From the NCBI GenBank assembly GCA_964418945.1, contig CAYQNR010000004.1, positions 2,156-66,155 of the forward strand: a stretch of DNA of 64,000 bases. The letters are read 5' to 3'. The position numbers were made by a program, and so were the translations under genes. The stretch's first letter is position 1; every line of letters starts with the position of its first letter. Shown piece after piece: positions 36,672-45,461 of this stretch. Origin of the DNA: an uncultured Desulfobacteraceae bacterium (lineage in GTDB: Bacteria > Desulfobacterota > DSM-4660 > Desulfatiglandales > HGW-15). The notes beneath the pieces are model-generated. The model saw nothing but the letters and a program-made list of their open reading frames with translations. It was not told where the DNA came from and did not search any database.

Positions 36672-38375
36672 TTAACGCCAGTCATCGATCAGGACGCTTT
36701 GACGGGGCGCCATTCCTCCATAACTCCAGTAATTATTATTAGATCCTCCGGTGACCACAATGTTTATTTGCGGACGAAACCATGACGGCATCTTCGCCTG
36801 GGGAGGACCGCCTTGTCCTTCCGGGCGCGCCGCAAGGAATTTTTCAAGCTCCTCGACCGTTTCGAAGCCTTCTTCTTTCATGAAATTGGCGACCGGCGGA
36901 CTCAGCACCGCCATAGCGCCGAAAAGCATATCCTGGTCGTTGACGATCTTTTTGAGTGTCCCGGAAAAATCCATCTCTTTTTCCCAAACGCTGTATTTCG
37001 AGTTTTTCGCCGACAGGATCCCCCACCCCTCGCAGAGCGTCACAACGCTGTCAGACGGCTTGAAACCTCTCCGCACATGGAAAGGCTGCCACGGAGACTC
37101 CTCCTCGTTTTCGGCCATGATTACATTGTTCCAGTTCATGGGATTGCCGATAACACCCATATAGGTAGTCCCCACTCTGCCGCAGTTGCCGGCGTTGATA
37201 GACAGCAGGTTCCATGCCCTTCCTATGGTGGAATTGGCCTGGCTGAATGGCCCTAAGGCGCCTATGCCGTAATTGAGGCCTATTTCGTCGCGTATGGGCC
37301 CGTTAATAATCAGACCTTCGGTAAAGGAGTTGTCGGAAACCGAAATAGCCTCTTTCCCGGTCGAGGCCACCGCCAGGATTACCGGAAGGTATTCCGGTTT
37401 GGCACCGGCCATGACAGCGTTGATGGCAACCGTTCTTACCGTATAAGACCAATGTTCGAAAACTTCCACATTGTTTTCTCCCGGCATGGCTGTATGCGCC
37501 GCCATTTTCCCGACCACCTCATCAGGATGGTGACTGGTCCCTTTCAGCATCTCGGCGACCTTCTCTTCGGTCGGCAGGATGATCGGCATATAATCGGTCA
37601 TCCTCTTTTCCAGAAACATCTGCTGCAGATTCTCCGGAGTATCGGTGAAACGCTCCGGCCCTGTCTCTGGTTCTATGGTTCCGGTCATCTTTTCCTCGGC
37701 GGTCAACGGTTTGGCGAGATTCTCCACTATTTCCTGCATGATCATTTTTCCACTTATAGGACTCTCGCTCACGATATCTTTCCGGATCTGTTCTGCCTTT
37801 TTCCCCCATACCGGCGAAATGAGATAGGTAACGCGAAGGTTGGGCATTCCTTTCTGTATGGTATGGTGGGTCTTTACCTGTTCGTAAAATGCGGAGATGA
37901 TCAGGGGAACGGTGGGAACACCGAGCTTCGATTCGATATTTATGCAATGGCCAACGACCGCGGCCACACAGAGGCTTCAATGCCCCATTCCCATAATAAC
38001 CGCGTCGGCCTTTTCCTTAATTTCCGCCCATAAGGCCGGATCTTCCGCAGTGAATCCTCCGCCACTCATCCTCTTATAAATAGTGCTAACTTCAGGCATG
38101 TTTTCCTTGAACCACGCCTGCATTTCCCCGAGAAGGATATCGGTTCCCAGGTAGCCATCATTAACCAGATAGACCGTCTTGCCGTCCAAAGAATCCAGCC
38201 GGGGAGCCATCTGTTTTAGCTGGATGGCAGGCGGTTGCCCCCTTGGATTGAGCACGGTAATTTGCCGCTCGCTGGCTTGCCCTTGCGCCAGAATCGGCGT
38301 ATTAAGAACCGGATACATACAAAACAAGCTCAGAAACAACAAGGCGATTAGCGTTATCGAAATGTGCCGCCTCAT
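36672..38375 (-). CDS. Candidate selenoprotein: UGSC-like domain (H-U-S-L-C, TGA at 37977-37979) fused to a ~430-aa domain of unknown function
   Basis: ORFs 37977-38495 and 36672-37967 are in frame and separated only by TGA. AGGGAGGA precedes ATG 38375. A hairpin with a GGUC loop follows the TGA. Confidence 0.6.
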
Positions 38376-38403
38376 TTCTCTATCCTCCCTGTACTTATAG
38401 TTG

Positions 38404-38461
38404 TTGATAAAAATTCGCTTTTTAATGAACGGAGTATAGAAGATTTGCAGTTGTATGTCAA
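38404..38461 (-). promoter_or_regulatory. Promoter plus leader box (copy P3)
   Basis: Read on the minus strand: TTGACA, 17-nt spacer, TATACT, 9 nt, then AAAAAGCGAATTTTTATCAA. Confidence 0.65.
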
Positions 38462-38775
38462 ATAAACTCTGCCGCACATTTCGGCTGGAAATCACAAGCT
38501 GGATTTAAGGGCTCTAATCAGCAAGGGAACAGATTCAAATACTGTAATGTCTATGACGGCATCATCAATGATATCAAATATCTATGCATCTGTGACCCCA
38601 CCGCCAGTGTCATGGTACGAATGCTATGTTCCCTGGTCAAAGGTAAGAGTATAAACGAGGCGGAACCTCTCACCGGAAAATCTTTTTCACAGGGGATGGG
38701 AGGCGGTATTATTCTTAATTGACAAATAGATGCATAAGTGATATTTGAATAAAAATATGTATTGTTTTCTATAAT

Positions 38776-38793
38776 ACAAAGCAGTTTTATCAA
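38776..38793 (+). promoter_or_regulatory. Leader-box-like motif upstream of the Mop gene (copy P6, not position-locked)
   Basis: ACAAAGCAGTTTTATCAA lies directly after a TATAAT (38770-38775). Its spacing differs from the other copies. Confidence 0.3.
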
Positions 38794-38863
38794 TATTTTC
38801 TCTTCATTTACATTTACTTTTTCAATTTCAAATTTAGGATAAACATGAAAGGGGGCCAAGCAA

Positions 38864-41518
38864 GTGAAAACCGTAACCTTAACTGTGAATGGAGTAAAAA
38901 GGAAGGTTGATGCCAGCCCGGACCTGGTGTTGCTCGACCTGCTGCGCGAAGAACTCGACCTTACCGGGACCAAGCAGTCCTGTGACCGCAAAGGCCAGTG
39001 CGGTGCCTGTACGGTAATCGTCGATGGCAAAGCAACGCGTTCCTGTTTGAAGAAAGTAGTCGACCTGGAGGGAGCGGATGTCATCACTGTAGAGGGCCTG
39101 GGCACGCCTGATAATCCCCACCCCGTCCAGGAAGCCTTTGTCCTGACAGGCGCTATCCAGTGCGGCTACTGCACGCCGGGCATGATTATGGCCACCAAAG
39201 CCCTGCTCGATCAGAATCCCGATCCTGACACAGCTGCGATCAAGAAAGCGCTGGCACACAATCTTTGCCGCTGTACCGGCTACGTAAAAATAATCGATGC
39301 CATAAAGTTAGCCGGTAAATTCCTGCGGGGGGAGACCACACCGGCGAAGGTCCGTGCCAATATCGATAAAGATAAGATGATTGGTGAATCCCATCCCCGT
39401 CCTTCTTCCATGCTTAAAGCCTGCGGCCTGGCTAAGTTCGGCGGAGACTATAAAATGGATAACATGCTGGAAATAGCCGCGGTGCACAGCACTGAATTCC
39501 ATGCCATTATCAAGTCCATCGACACTTCTGCAGCAAAGGAGATGCCGGGTATGGTCGGCGTGATGACGGCGGAAGATATTAAGGGCACCAACCGCCTCCC
39601 CTTTATCGCCCTAGACCAGCCCGTGCTCTGTGAGGACAAGGTAAGGGCCTATGGCGACCCGCTGGCTATTGTCGCTGCGGAGACCAGGGAACAGGCACGA
39701 GCCGCTGCCGCCGCCGTAAAGGTTACTTACGAAAAACTACCGGTGATGAAAACACCGGAAGAAGCCCTGGCACCGGCCGCGGTGCAGATTCACCCCCATT
39801 CGCCCAACCTCTGTTTCCAGCAGCCCCAAATAAAGGGCGACGCTGACAAAGCGCTCAAAGACGCGCACGGGGTAATCGAAGCAGACTTTTCCACGCAAAT
39901 GAACCACCAGTCACCCCTGGAACCGGAAGCCTGCTTCTGTTATTTAGACGGTAATGAACTGGTGGTTATCGGGCGGAGCATCATGATTCACGCCCATGCC
40001 GGCATGATTCAGGGAGCCGTCGGCGCGGAAAAGGTTCGCTATATCGAGCCCTACTCCGGGGGCCAGTTCGGTATTAAAGCCAACATCTCATCGGAAGGCA
40101 TTGCCGCCGCGGCCGCCATGCATTTTAAGCGTCCCATCCGCTATATACCCAGCCTGGCGGAATCGTTCCTTATTACATCCAAACGCCATCCCTTCTCCAT
40201 GAAGACAAAACTGGCCGCTGATGCAAAAGGGAACCTTACCGCTTACTTTAATGATTTTATCATGAACAAAGGCGCCTATTTCCTGCTTGGCCCCATTATG
40301 GCGGGGCGCGCCCTGCACATGCTGAACGGAGCGTACAATATACCTAACATTTCCGCTTTAGTTAAACTGGTTTATACCAATAACGGAAGCGGCGGTGCTG
40401 CCCGGGGAGCCGGACCGCCCCAGGTCATGTTCGCACTGGAATCACTGATGGATATGATGGCGGAGAAGCTGGGCATGGACCCGCTGGAATTCCGCAAGAT
40501 GAATGCCCTCAAACCGGGTCAGACACGCTCCACGGGTGCTCCTATAGACCAGACCTCCTTCCCGGAGCTGTGCGATGATATCAGACCGCACTACGAACGC
40601 GCTAAGAAGGATGCCGCTGCCTTCAATAAAAAGGGCGGCAAGATAAAACGTGGCGTGGGTATCGCCTGCATGTCCTTCGGCATTGCCGAAGCCGGCGACC
40701 GTGCCGATAATGCCGTGGAGATAAATCCTGATGACACTGTTACCATTTATGCCGCCATCGCCGACCCCGGTGAAGGCAACGACTCTATGCTTTCGCAACT
40801 GGCAGCCCAGGTTCTCGGTCTGCCTCTGGAAAAGATAAAACTCTATACTCGCGACACGGATAAGACTGTAGCGGCGGGGCCCTCTGCCGGCAGTCGGCAG
40901 ACCTATATGGGCGGCGGGGCCCTGGTCAACGGACTTGAAAAAATGGCTAAGGCCATGGAAGAAGCCGGCTCCAAGACCTACTCCGGACTCAAGAAGGCCG
41001 GCAAACCCACCCGCTATGAGGGCACGAAGCAAATTGCGGGTAAAGACGAGTTCGATCCCAAGACCGGGCAAACCGACTCTTTTGACTCCCAGGTACACAA
41101 CATCCAAATGGCAGAGGTTGAAGTTGATACAGAGACAGGCAAGACCAAAGTTCTAAAAATGACCACTGCCGTTGACGCTGGCCCCATTATCCACCCGCAG
41201 AACCTGGAAGGTCAGTTGGAAGGCGGTATGGACCAGGGTATTGGCTATGCTTTAAGGGAAGAATTCGTTCTTGGCGAGACCAAGGACTGGATAACATTCA
41301 AATTCCCCACCATTGCAGATTCCTTCGAGGTGGAGTTCGTCAAACGTGAGACTCCCCGCATCAGAGGCACACTAGGCTCTACCGGCATCGGCGAGATGAC
41401 GATGGTTTCTACCGCGCCAGCAGTTACAAACGCTATCTATAACGCCTGCGGCGCCAGGATTCACCACCTACCCGCCACTCCGGATAAAGTAAAGGCTGCA
41501 ATAGCCGCTAAAACATAA
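38864..41518 (+). CDS. Molybdopterin aldehyde oxidoreductase, [2Fe-2S]x2 + Moco fusion (Desulfovibrio gigas Mop-type architecture)
   Basis: N-terminal CoxS-like 2Fe-2S motifs (CDRKGQCGACTV; CGYCTPG; CRCTGY) run continuously into a CoxL/XDH-like Moco domain. No FAD domain is present. GTG start. Confidence 0.9.
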   Translation: MKTVTLTVNGVKRKVDASPDLVLLDLLREELDLTGTKQSCDRKGQCGACTVIVDGKATRSCLKKVVDLEGADVITVEGLGTPDNPHPVQEAFVLTGAIQCGYCTPGMIMATKALLDQNPDPDTAAIKKALAHNLCRCTGYVKIIDAIKLAGKFLRGETTPAKVRANIDKDKMIGESHPRPSSMLKACGLAKFGGDYKMDNMLEIAAVHSTEFHAIIKSIDTSAAKEMPGMVGVMTAEDIKGTNRLPFIALDQPVLCEDKVRAYGDPLAIVAAETREQARAAAAAVKVTYEKLPVMKTPEEALAPAAVQIHPHSPNLCFQQPQIKGDADKALKDAHGVIEADFSTQMNHQSPLEPEACFCYLDGNELVVIGRSIMIHAHAGMIQGAVGAEKVRYIEPYSGGQFGIKANISSEGIAAAAAMHFKRPIRYIPSLAESFLITSKRHPFSMKTKLAADAKGNLTAYFNDFIMNKGAYFLLGPIMAGRALHMLNGAYNIPNISALVKLVYTNNGSGGAARGAGPPQVMFALESLMDMMAEKLGMDPLEFRKMNALKPGQTRSTGAPIDQTSFPELCDDIRPHYERAKKDAAAFNKKGGKIKRGVGIACMSFGIAEAGDRADNAVEINPDDTVTIYAAIADPGEGNDSMLSQLAAQVLGLPLEKIKLYTRDTDKTVAAGPSAGSRQTYMGGGALVNGLEKMAKAMEEAGSKTYSGLKKAGKPTRYEGTKQIAGKDEFDPKTGQTDSFDSQVHNIQMAEVEVDTETGKTKVLKMTTAVDAGPIIHPQNLEGQLEGGMDQGIGYALREEFVLGETKDWITFKFPTIADSFEVEFVKRETPRIRGTLGSTGIGEMTMVSTAPAVTNAIYNACGARIHHLPATPDKVKAAIAAKT

Positions 41519-41529
41519 ACAAAAACAAA

Positions 41530-41564
41530 GAATCGGCAGGCTCGGAAAAAGGGCTTGCCGATTC
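41530..41564. terminator. Hairpin between convergent genes
   Basis: GAATCGGCA ... TGCCGATTC stem between the Mop stop and the AKR stop. Confidence 0.5.
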
Positions 41565-41569
41565 AGCCT

Positions 41570-42697
41570 CTATCTTTTATTCAATATCTCCCATAATTTC
41601 TTAAGCCAGTCGAGAATAGCAATCCCCCTACCGCAGGCATTCACACAAATACCGCATTCATTGCAGTTATCAATACGGTGTTTTTCCTTATGGTAAATAG
41701 ACCGTGCTGTCTCGATGTCATCATACATAATGGCATCATTGTAGAGTTCAAAGAGGCGCGGCACATCAATGCCCTGGGGGCAGGGCATGCAGCCGTAGCA
41801 GGTGGTACAGGGGATGGGCTTCATCTTCCGGTAAGCATCCCTGACCTGGCTGATGAGCACCTCCTCTAGTATGGTGAGGCTATCTGGTCCAGCGGTATCA
41901 GCCAGGGCCATGTTTTCCACTACCTGTTCCATGGTGTTCATATTACAGACAACGGTAGCTATTTGGGGGTGACTCCAGACCCAGCGTAATCCCCACTCCG
42001 CCAGCGAACGCTTTGGGGAAGCGGTTGCCCATACCTTGGCTACTGATTCCGACGGCGCTTTGGTCAGCCTTCCTCCAAGAAGAGGCTCGGCAGCCACCAC
42101 CGCCAGCCCTTTCTCAGCAGCACGTCTGAGTCCGCTGACACCCGGCATGCGGTCTGCGTCCATATAGCTGTACTGAAACTGGCCAACGGCCCAGTTATCG
42201 TAAGAATCCAGTATCTCCCTGAGAATATGAAAGTGGTCGTGGAAGGAGAACCCCACATGGCCAATTCGCCCACTACTCACGGCTGCCTCTGCCCAGTCTA
42301 GTGCATCCAGTTCCTTTAATTTTGGCCAGGTCTCCCGGTTTAGGCCCCCAAAAAGATAAAAATCAATCGTGTCCGTCCCAAGCCATCCTAGTTGTTCGTT
42401 TAGATAACGGTCAAAGTCCCGTGAGGAATGGATAAAGAGAGACGGCAGACTGGCAGTAATTTTTATTTTCTGCCGGTAGCCGTCTTGAATTGCCCGGCTG
42501 ATTAGACGGGTCAGACGCTCATGAGGATAACCCAAGTTCAGATAATTGACACCATGGTCAATGGCAAAACGGATAATCTTGATGGATCCGGCTTCATTGA
42601 TGTCTTTCGGGTCCTCGTCGGCTAACGGCAACCGCATAACACCAAGGCCTAATACCGATACTTCCCAATCCAGCTTGCCGAACCTGCGGTATTTTAT
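41570..42697 (-). CDS. Aldo/keto reductase with C-terminal 2x[4Fe-4S]-type Cys motifs
   Basis: AKR fold plus CTTCYGCMPCP and CNECGICVNAC. The conserved N-terminus (I)KYRRFGKLDWEVSVLGLGV lies upstream of the first ATG. The frame opens at ATA 42697, directly after a stop, with GGGAGGA upstream. Confidence 0.8.
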   Translation of the reverse strand: MKYRRFGKLDWEVSVLGLGVMRLPLADEDPKDINEAGSIKIIRFAIDHGVNYLNLGYPHERLTRLISRAIQDGYRQKIKITASLPSLFIHSSRDFDRYLNEQLGWLGTDTIDFYLFGGLNRETWPKLKELDALDWAEAAVSSGRIGHVGFSFHDHFHILREILDSYDNWAVGQFQYSYMDADRMPGVSGLRRAAEKGLAVVAAEPLLGGRLTKAPSESVAKVWATASPKRSLAEWGLRWVWSHPQIATVVCNMNTMEQVVENMALADTAGPDSLTILEEVLISQVRDAYRKMKPIPCTTCYGCMPCPQGIDVPRLFELYNDAIMYDDIETARSIYHKEKHRIDNCNECGICVNACGRGIAILDWLKKLWEILNKR

Positions 42698-42735
42698 TTA
42701 TGTCCTCCCTTTAGTTACATCTTGAATCAAAGTGG

Positions 42736-43704
42736 TTATTCTTCTTCTTGCACCCAGGGAGAATCGTGCTCACCGCTGAGGCAGCAGACAATAAAGGCGT
42801 AGGGCTTATCCATCCACCTGGTGATGAGGGGGAGATGGGGAAAGCCGGAAGGGCAGACGGCGACAGTAGGCGTGTTGAAGACATGCCTTTCGTATTCCTT
42901 GCCCATAGCCAGCTCCTGCTCACACCCCAGAAAATTCAGGTCATCCGGGTCAAGGCCGAGAAAGACCAGTATTTCCTCGGAAGGATGGTAGTGGGCTTCG
43001 CCGCCGCGGTGCCATATACCTGAGCCGGTGTAAAATCCCCAGGTGAAATTGATTTCAAACCCCTCCAGGTCTTTACCGTAGAGCCAGACAAGTTGGTCAG
43101 CGTTCCCCGGCCCCAGAAGGCCCACCTGGCTCATATCCATTTCAGAATCAGGATGCTCCTTCTTGAACTCCGCCAGCAGACGCTCATCCTTGGCAATAAT
43201 TGACATCCTGACCGGTTCGAAGCCGGGACCAAGCGGTTTAACCAGGTGCCCATACTTGGAACCCGTTGTTTTAGCCTCTTCCGGGAGCGGTTCAGCCTTG
43301 TAGTCCGCGGCCAGACCGATATGGTAATGGGCAATAGGTTTATCTACTTTTCTCACCGTAACCGGGCCGTGCGGTGTCCCTTTGGGGACGATGATTACCG
43401 AAGGTACGTTAAAGATATGCTCCTCGCGTTCCTCGCCCAGTTCTACCGATATTTCGGCACCCAGATAGGTGATATCGGTGTTATCGGTGCCGGCAAAAAC
43501 CAGGCACTCGTCGTAGGGGTGAACCAGCGCCCCTTTAGCGGGGTGAAGCTTGCTGGCTTTTTTAACAAACCCGTACGAGAAATTGGCGTTGAACCCTTCC
43601 ATATCCTTGCCTTCCATCCATATCCACGGCTCGGGATATAAACCTTCCGGCGGTTTTTGGACCAGTAGAGATTTTATCAGATGGGCATACTTTTTCTCGG
43701 CCAT
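42736..43704 (-). CDS. Bicupin protein, uncharacterised family (paralogue 2)
   Basis: Carries the same signature as 19547-20461. It is a tandem duplicate of 43744-44718. Confidence 0.75.
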   Translation of the reverse strand: MAEKKYAHLIKSLLVQKPPEGLYPEPWIWMEGKDMEGFNANFSYGFVKKASKLHPAKGALVHPYDECLVFAGTDNTDITYLGAEISVELGEEREEHIFNVPSVIIVPKGTPHGPVTVRKVDKPIAHYHIGLAADYKAEPLPEEAKTTGSKYGHLVKPLGPGFEPVRMSIIAKDERLLAEFKKEHPDSEMDMSQVGLLGPGNADQLVWLYGKDLEGFEINFTWGFYTGSGIWHRGGEAHYHPSEEILVFLGLDPDDLNFLGCEQELAMGKEYERHVFNTPTVAVCPSGFPHLPLITRWMDKPYAFIVCCLSGEHDSPWVQEEE

Positions 43705-43743
43705 TTTAATAACTCCTCCTGAATAATGATTTCTCCTTGCCGT

Positions 43744-44718
43744 TTAGGCCTCTACCCAGGGCGAGGCGTGTTCGCCGCTTAGGCAGACAACGATAAAGCC
43801 ATAAGGCTTATCCACCCACCTGGTGATGAGGGGGAGGTGGGGGAAACCCTCGGGGCAGACGGCAACGGTAGGCGTATTAATGATATGTCTCTCTTGGTCC
43901 TTGCCCATACCCAGTTCTAATTCAGCCCCCAAGTAATCCATGTTATCCGGGTCAAGGCCGACATAGACCAATATTTCCGCTTCCGGGTGGTAGTGGGCTT
44001 CGCCGCCGCGGTGCCATTTGCCGCAGTGGGAGTGAAAGCCCCAGGTGAAATTGACCTCAAACCCCTCCAGGTCCTCACCAAAGAGCCAGACAGTCTGGTC
44101 TCCGTTTCCCGGACCAACTCCCCTCTCCGCCGGGTGCATTACGCCGGCACGGTCAGCAATAAAGGCATAACTAAGTGGGTCGCCGGGGGGTGGCGGGCCG
44201 GCGGACTTTCGCTCATCGAACGCCTTCCAGTCAATGTACGTAATCATTCTTTTAATCAAATGGTCGTATTTTGAACCCTTTGTTTTGGCGTTTCTAGGAA
44301 CCGGGGTTGCCTTGTAGTCAGCACCCAAGCCGATGTGGTAATGGACTATAGGTCTGTCCACCCGCCGGTAAGTAACCGGCCCGTGTGGCATCCCCTTGGG
44401 GATAAGCACTACCGATGGCTCGGTAAAGACGTGCTCTTCAGCCTCTTCGCCCAGCTCTATAGATACCTCGGCACCCAGATAGAGTATATTACTGGTATCG
44501 GTTCCCTCAAAAACCAGGCACTCATCGTAAGGGTGCACCAGTGCCCCTTCAAGGGGATGGCAAACGCCGGTATTCTTAACAAAACCAAAGGAAAAATTGG
44601 CGTTGAACCCCTCCATGTCCTTGCCTTCCATCCAGAAAAGCGGATCGGGATATAAGCCGGCGGGTCCCTTCTTGGCAATGAGCGGTTTTATCAGATGGGA
44701 ATACTCTTTCTTGACCAT
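43744..44718 (-). CDS. Bicupin protein, uncharacterised family (paralogue 3)
   Basis: EAHYHPEAEILVYVGLD...CPEGFPHLP. AAAGGAGG lies upstream of the start. Confidence 0.75.
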   Translation of the reverse strand: MVKKEYSHLIKPLIAKKGPAGLYPDPLFWMEGKDMEGFNANFSFGFVKNTGVCHPLEGALVHPYDECLVFEGTDTSNILYLGAEVSIELGEEAEEHVFTEPSVVLIPKGMPHGPVTYRRVDRPIVHYHIGLGADYKATPVPRNAKTKGSKYDHLIKRMITYIDWKAFDERKSAGPPPPGDPLSYAFIADRAGVMHPAERGVGPGNGDQTVWLFGEDLEGFEVNFTWGFHSHCGKWHRGGEAHYHPEAEILVYVGLDPDNMDYLGAELELGMGKDQERHIINTPTVAVCPEGFPHLPLITRWVDKPYGFIVVCLSGEHASPWVEA

Positions 44719-44755
44719 TTTGAATGCCTCCTTTCATAAATAGCGACGATATTAG

Positions 44756-44785
44756 ATTTTAGCCCACCTTAACACACCACGTCAA
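44756..44785 (-). promoter_or_regulatory. Sigma70-type promoter for the bicupin/AKR operon
   Basis: Read on the minus strand: TTGACG, 18-nt spacer, TAAAAT. No leader box follows. Confidence 0.45.
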
Positions 44786-44793
44786 GCCTGAAT

Positions 44794-44822
44794 TTGACAA
44801 AACACCTACAGAGTGCTACGCT
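44794..44822 (+). promoter_or_regulatory. Sigma70-type promoter for the monocupin gene
   Basis: TTGACA, 17-nt spacer, TACGCT. Confidence 0.45.
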
Positions 44823-44906
44823 CTCAGCGTCATCCACACAACAGGCATATTCACGCCTGAGAGTCTCTTTAACAGTCAGGTCTTAGCGAAAGGAGGTAAA
44901 AACCCT

Positions 44907-45356
44907 ATGTCCGAATCAAAACTAGAGAAGTATATCAGGAGAGATATGAAAGTGTCCGAAGAAATCCAGCAGCGTCATCTTGAGGTTAAAAGCCCGGTGC
45001 TGGGTCTGGTCAGTGACCAAAGCCTGGGCAGTAAGGACTTCGCCCTGAGCTGGTGGCCCATCTCTGAACCCTTTGAGATGATTTCGGAACCCCACGCCCA
45101 TGACTTTGACCAGTTCCTCATCTTCGTCGGGGGTGATATGAGGAATATGACGGACCTCGGCGGCGAGGTGGAACTGACCCTGGGCGAAAATGACAACGAG
45201 CTGGAAAAATTCGTCTTCACTACAGCCACCACAGTCTATGTCCCCGCCGGGTTGCTGCACAACCCTCTAAATTTCAAGAAAGTGAATGACCCCAATAAGC
45301 CCATCCTGTTCCAAGACTTTTTCTTTTCTCGTGAGTATAAGAGGAAGGAGAAATAG
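44907..45356 (+). CDS. Single-domain cupin, same family (paralogue 4)
   Basis: EPHAHDFDQFLIFVGGD...VPAGLLHNP. AAGGAGG lies upstream of the start. Confidence 0.75.
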   Translation: MSESKLEKYIRRDMKVSEEIQQRHLEVKSPVLGLVSDQSLGSKDFALSWWPISEPFEMISEPHAHDFDQFLIFVGGDMRNMTDLGGEVELTLGENDNELEKFVFTTATTVYVPAGLLHNPLNFKKVNDPNKPILFQDFFFSREYKRKEK

Positions 45357-45416
45357 AGACGACCGGGAAGATGTACTTCTACAGAGATACATCTTAATTC
45401 TTCTGCCTAAAAACAC

Positions 45417-45444
45417 AGCCGGAGGATGAGAGTCCCCCGGCTGG
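45417..45444 (-). terminator. Rho-independent-type terminator for the URO-D-like gene
   Basis: CAGCCGG ... CCGGCTG hairpin, followed on the minus strand by TGTGTTTTT. Confidence 0.55.
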
Positions 45445-45461
45445 ACTATCTGCTGTTTTAC

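Noticed and set aside
38551-39105. 184-aa minus-strand ORF overlapping the Mop start
   Set aside because: It is antisense to the 2Fe-2S domain of Mop and spans the intergenic promoter region. It has no family resemblance.
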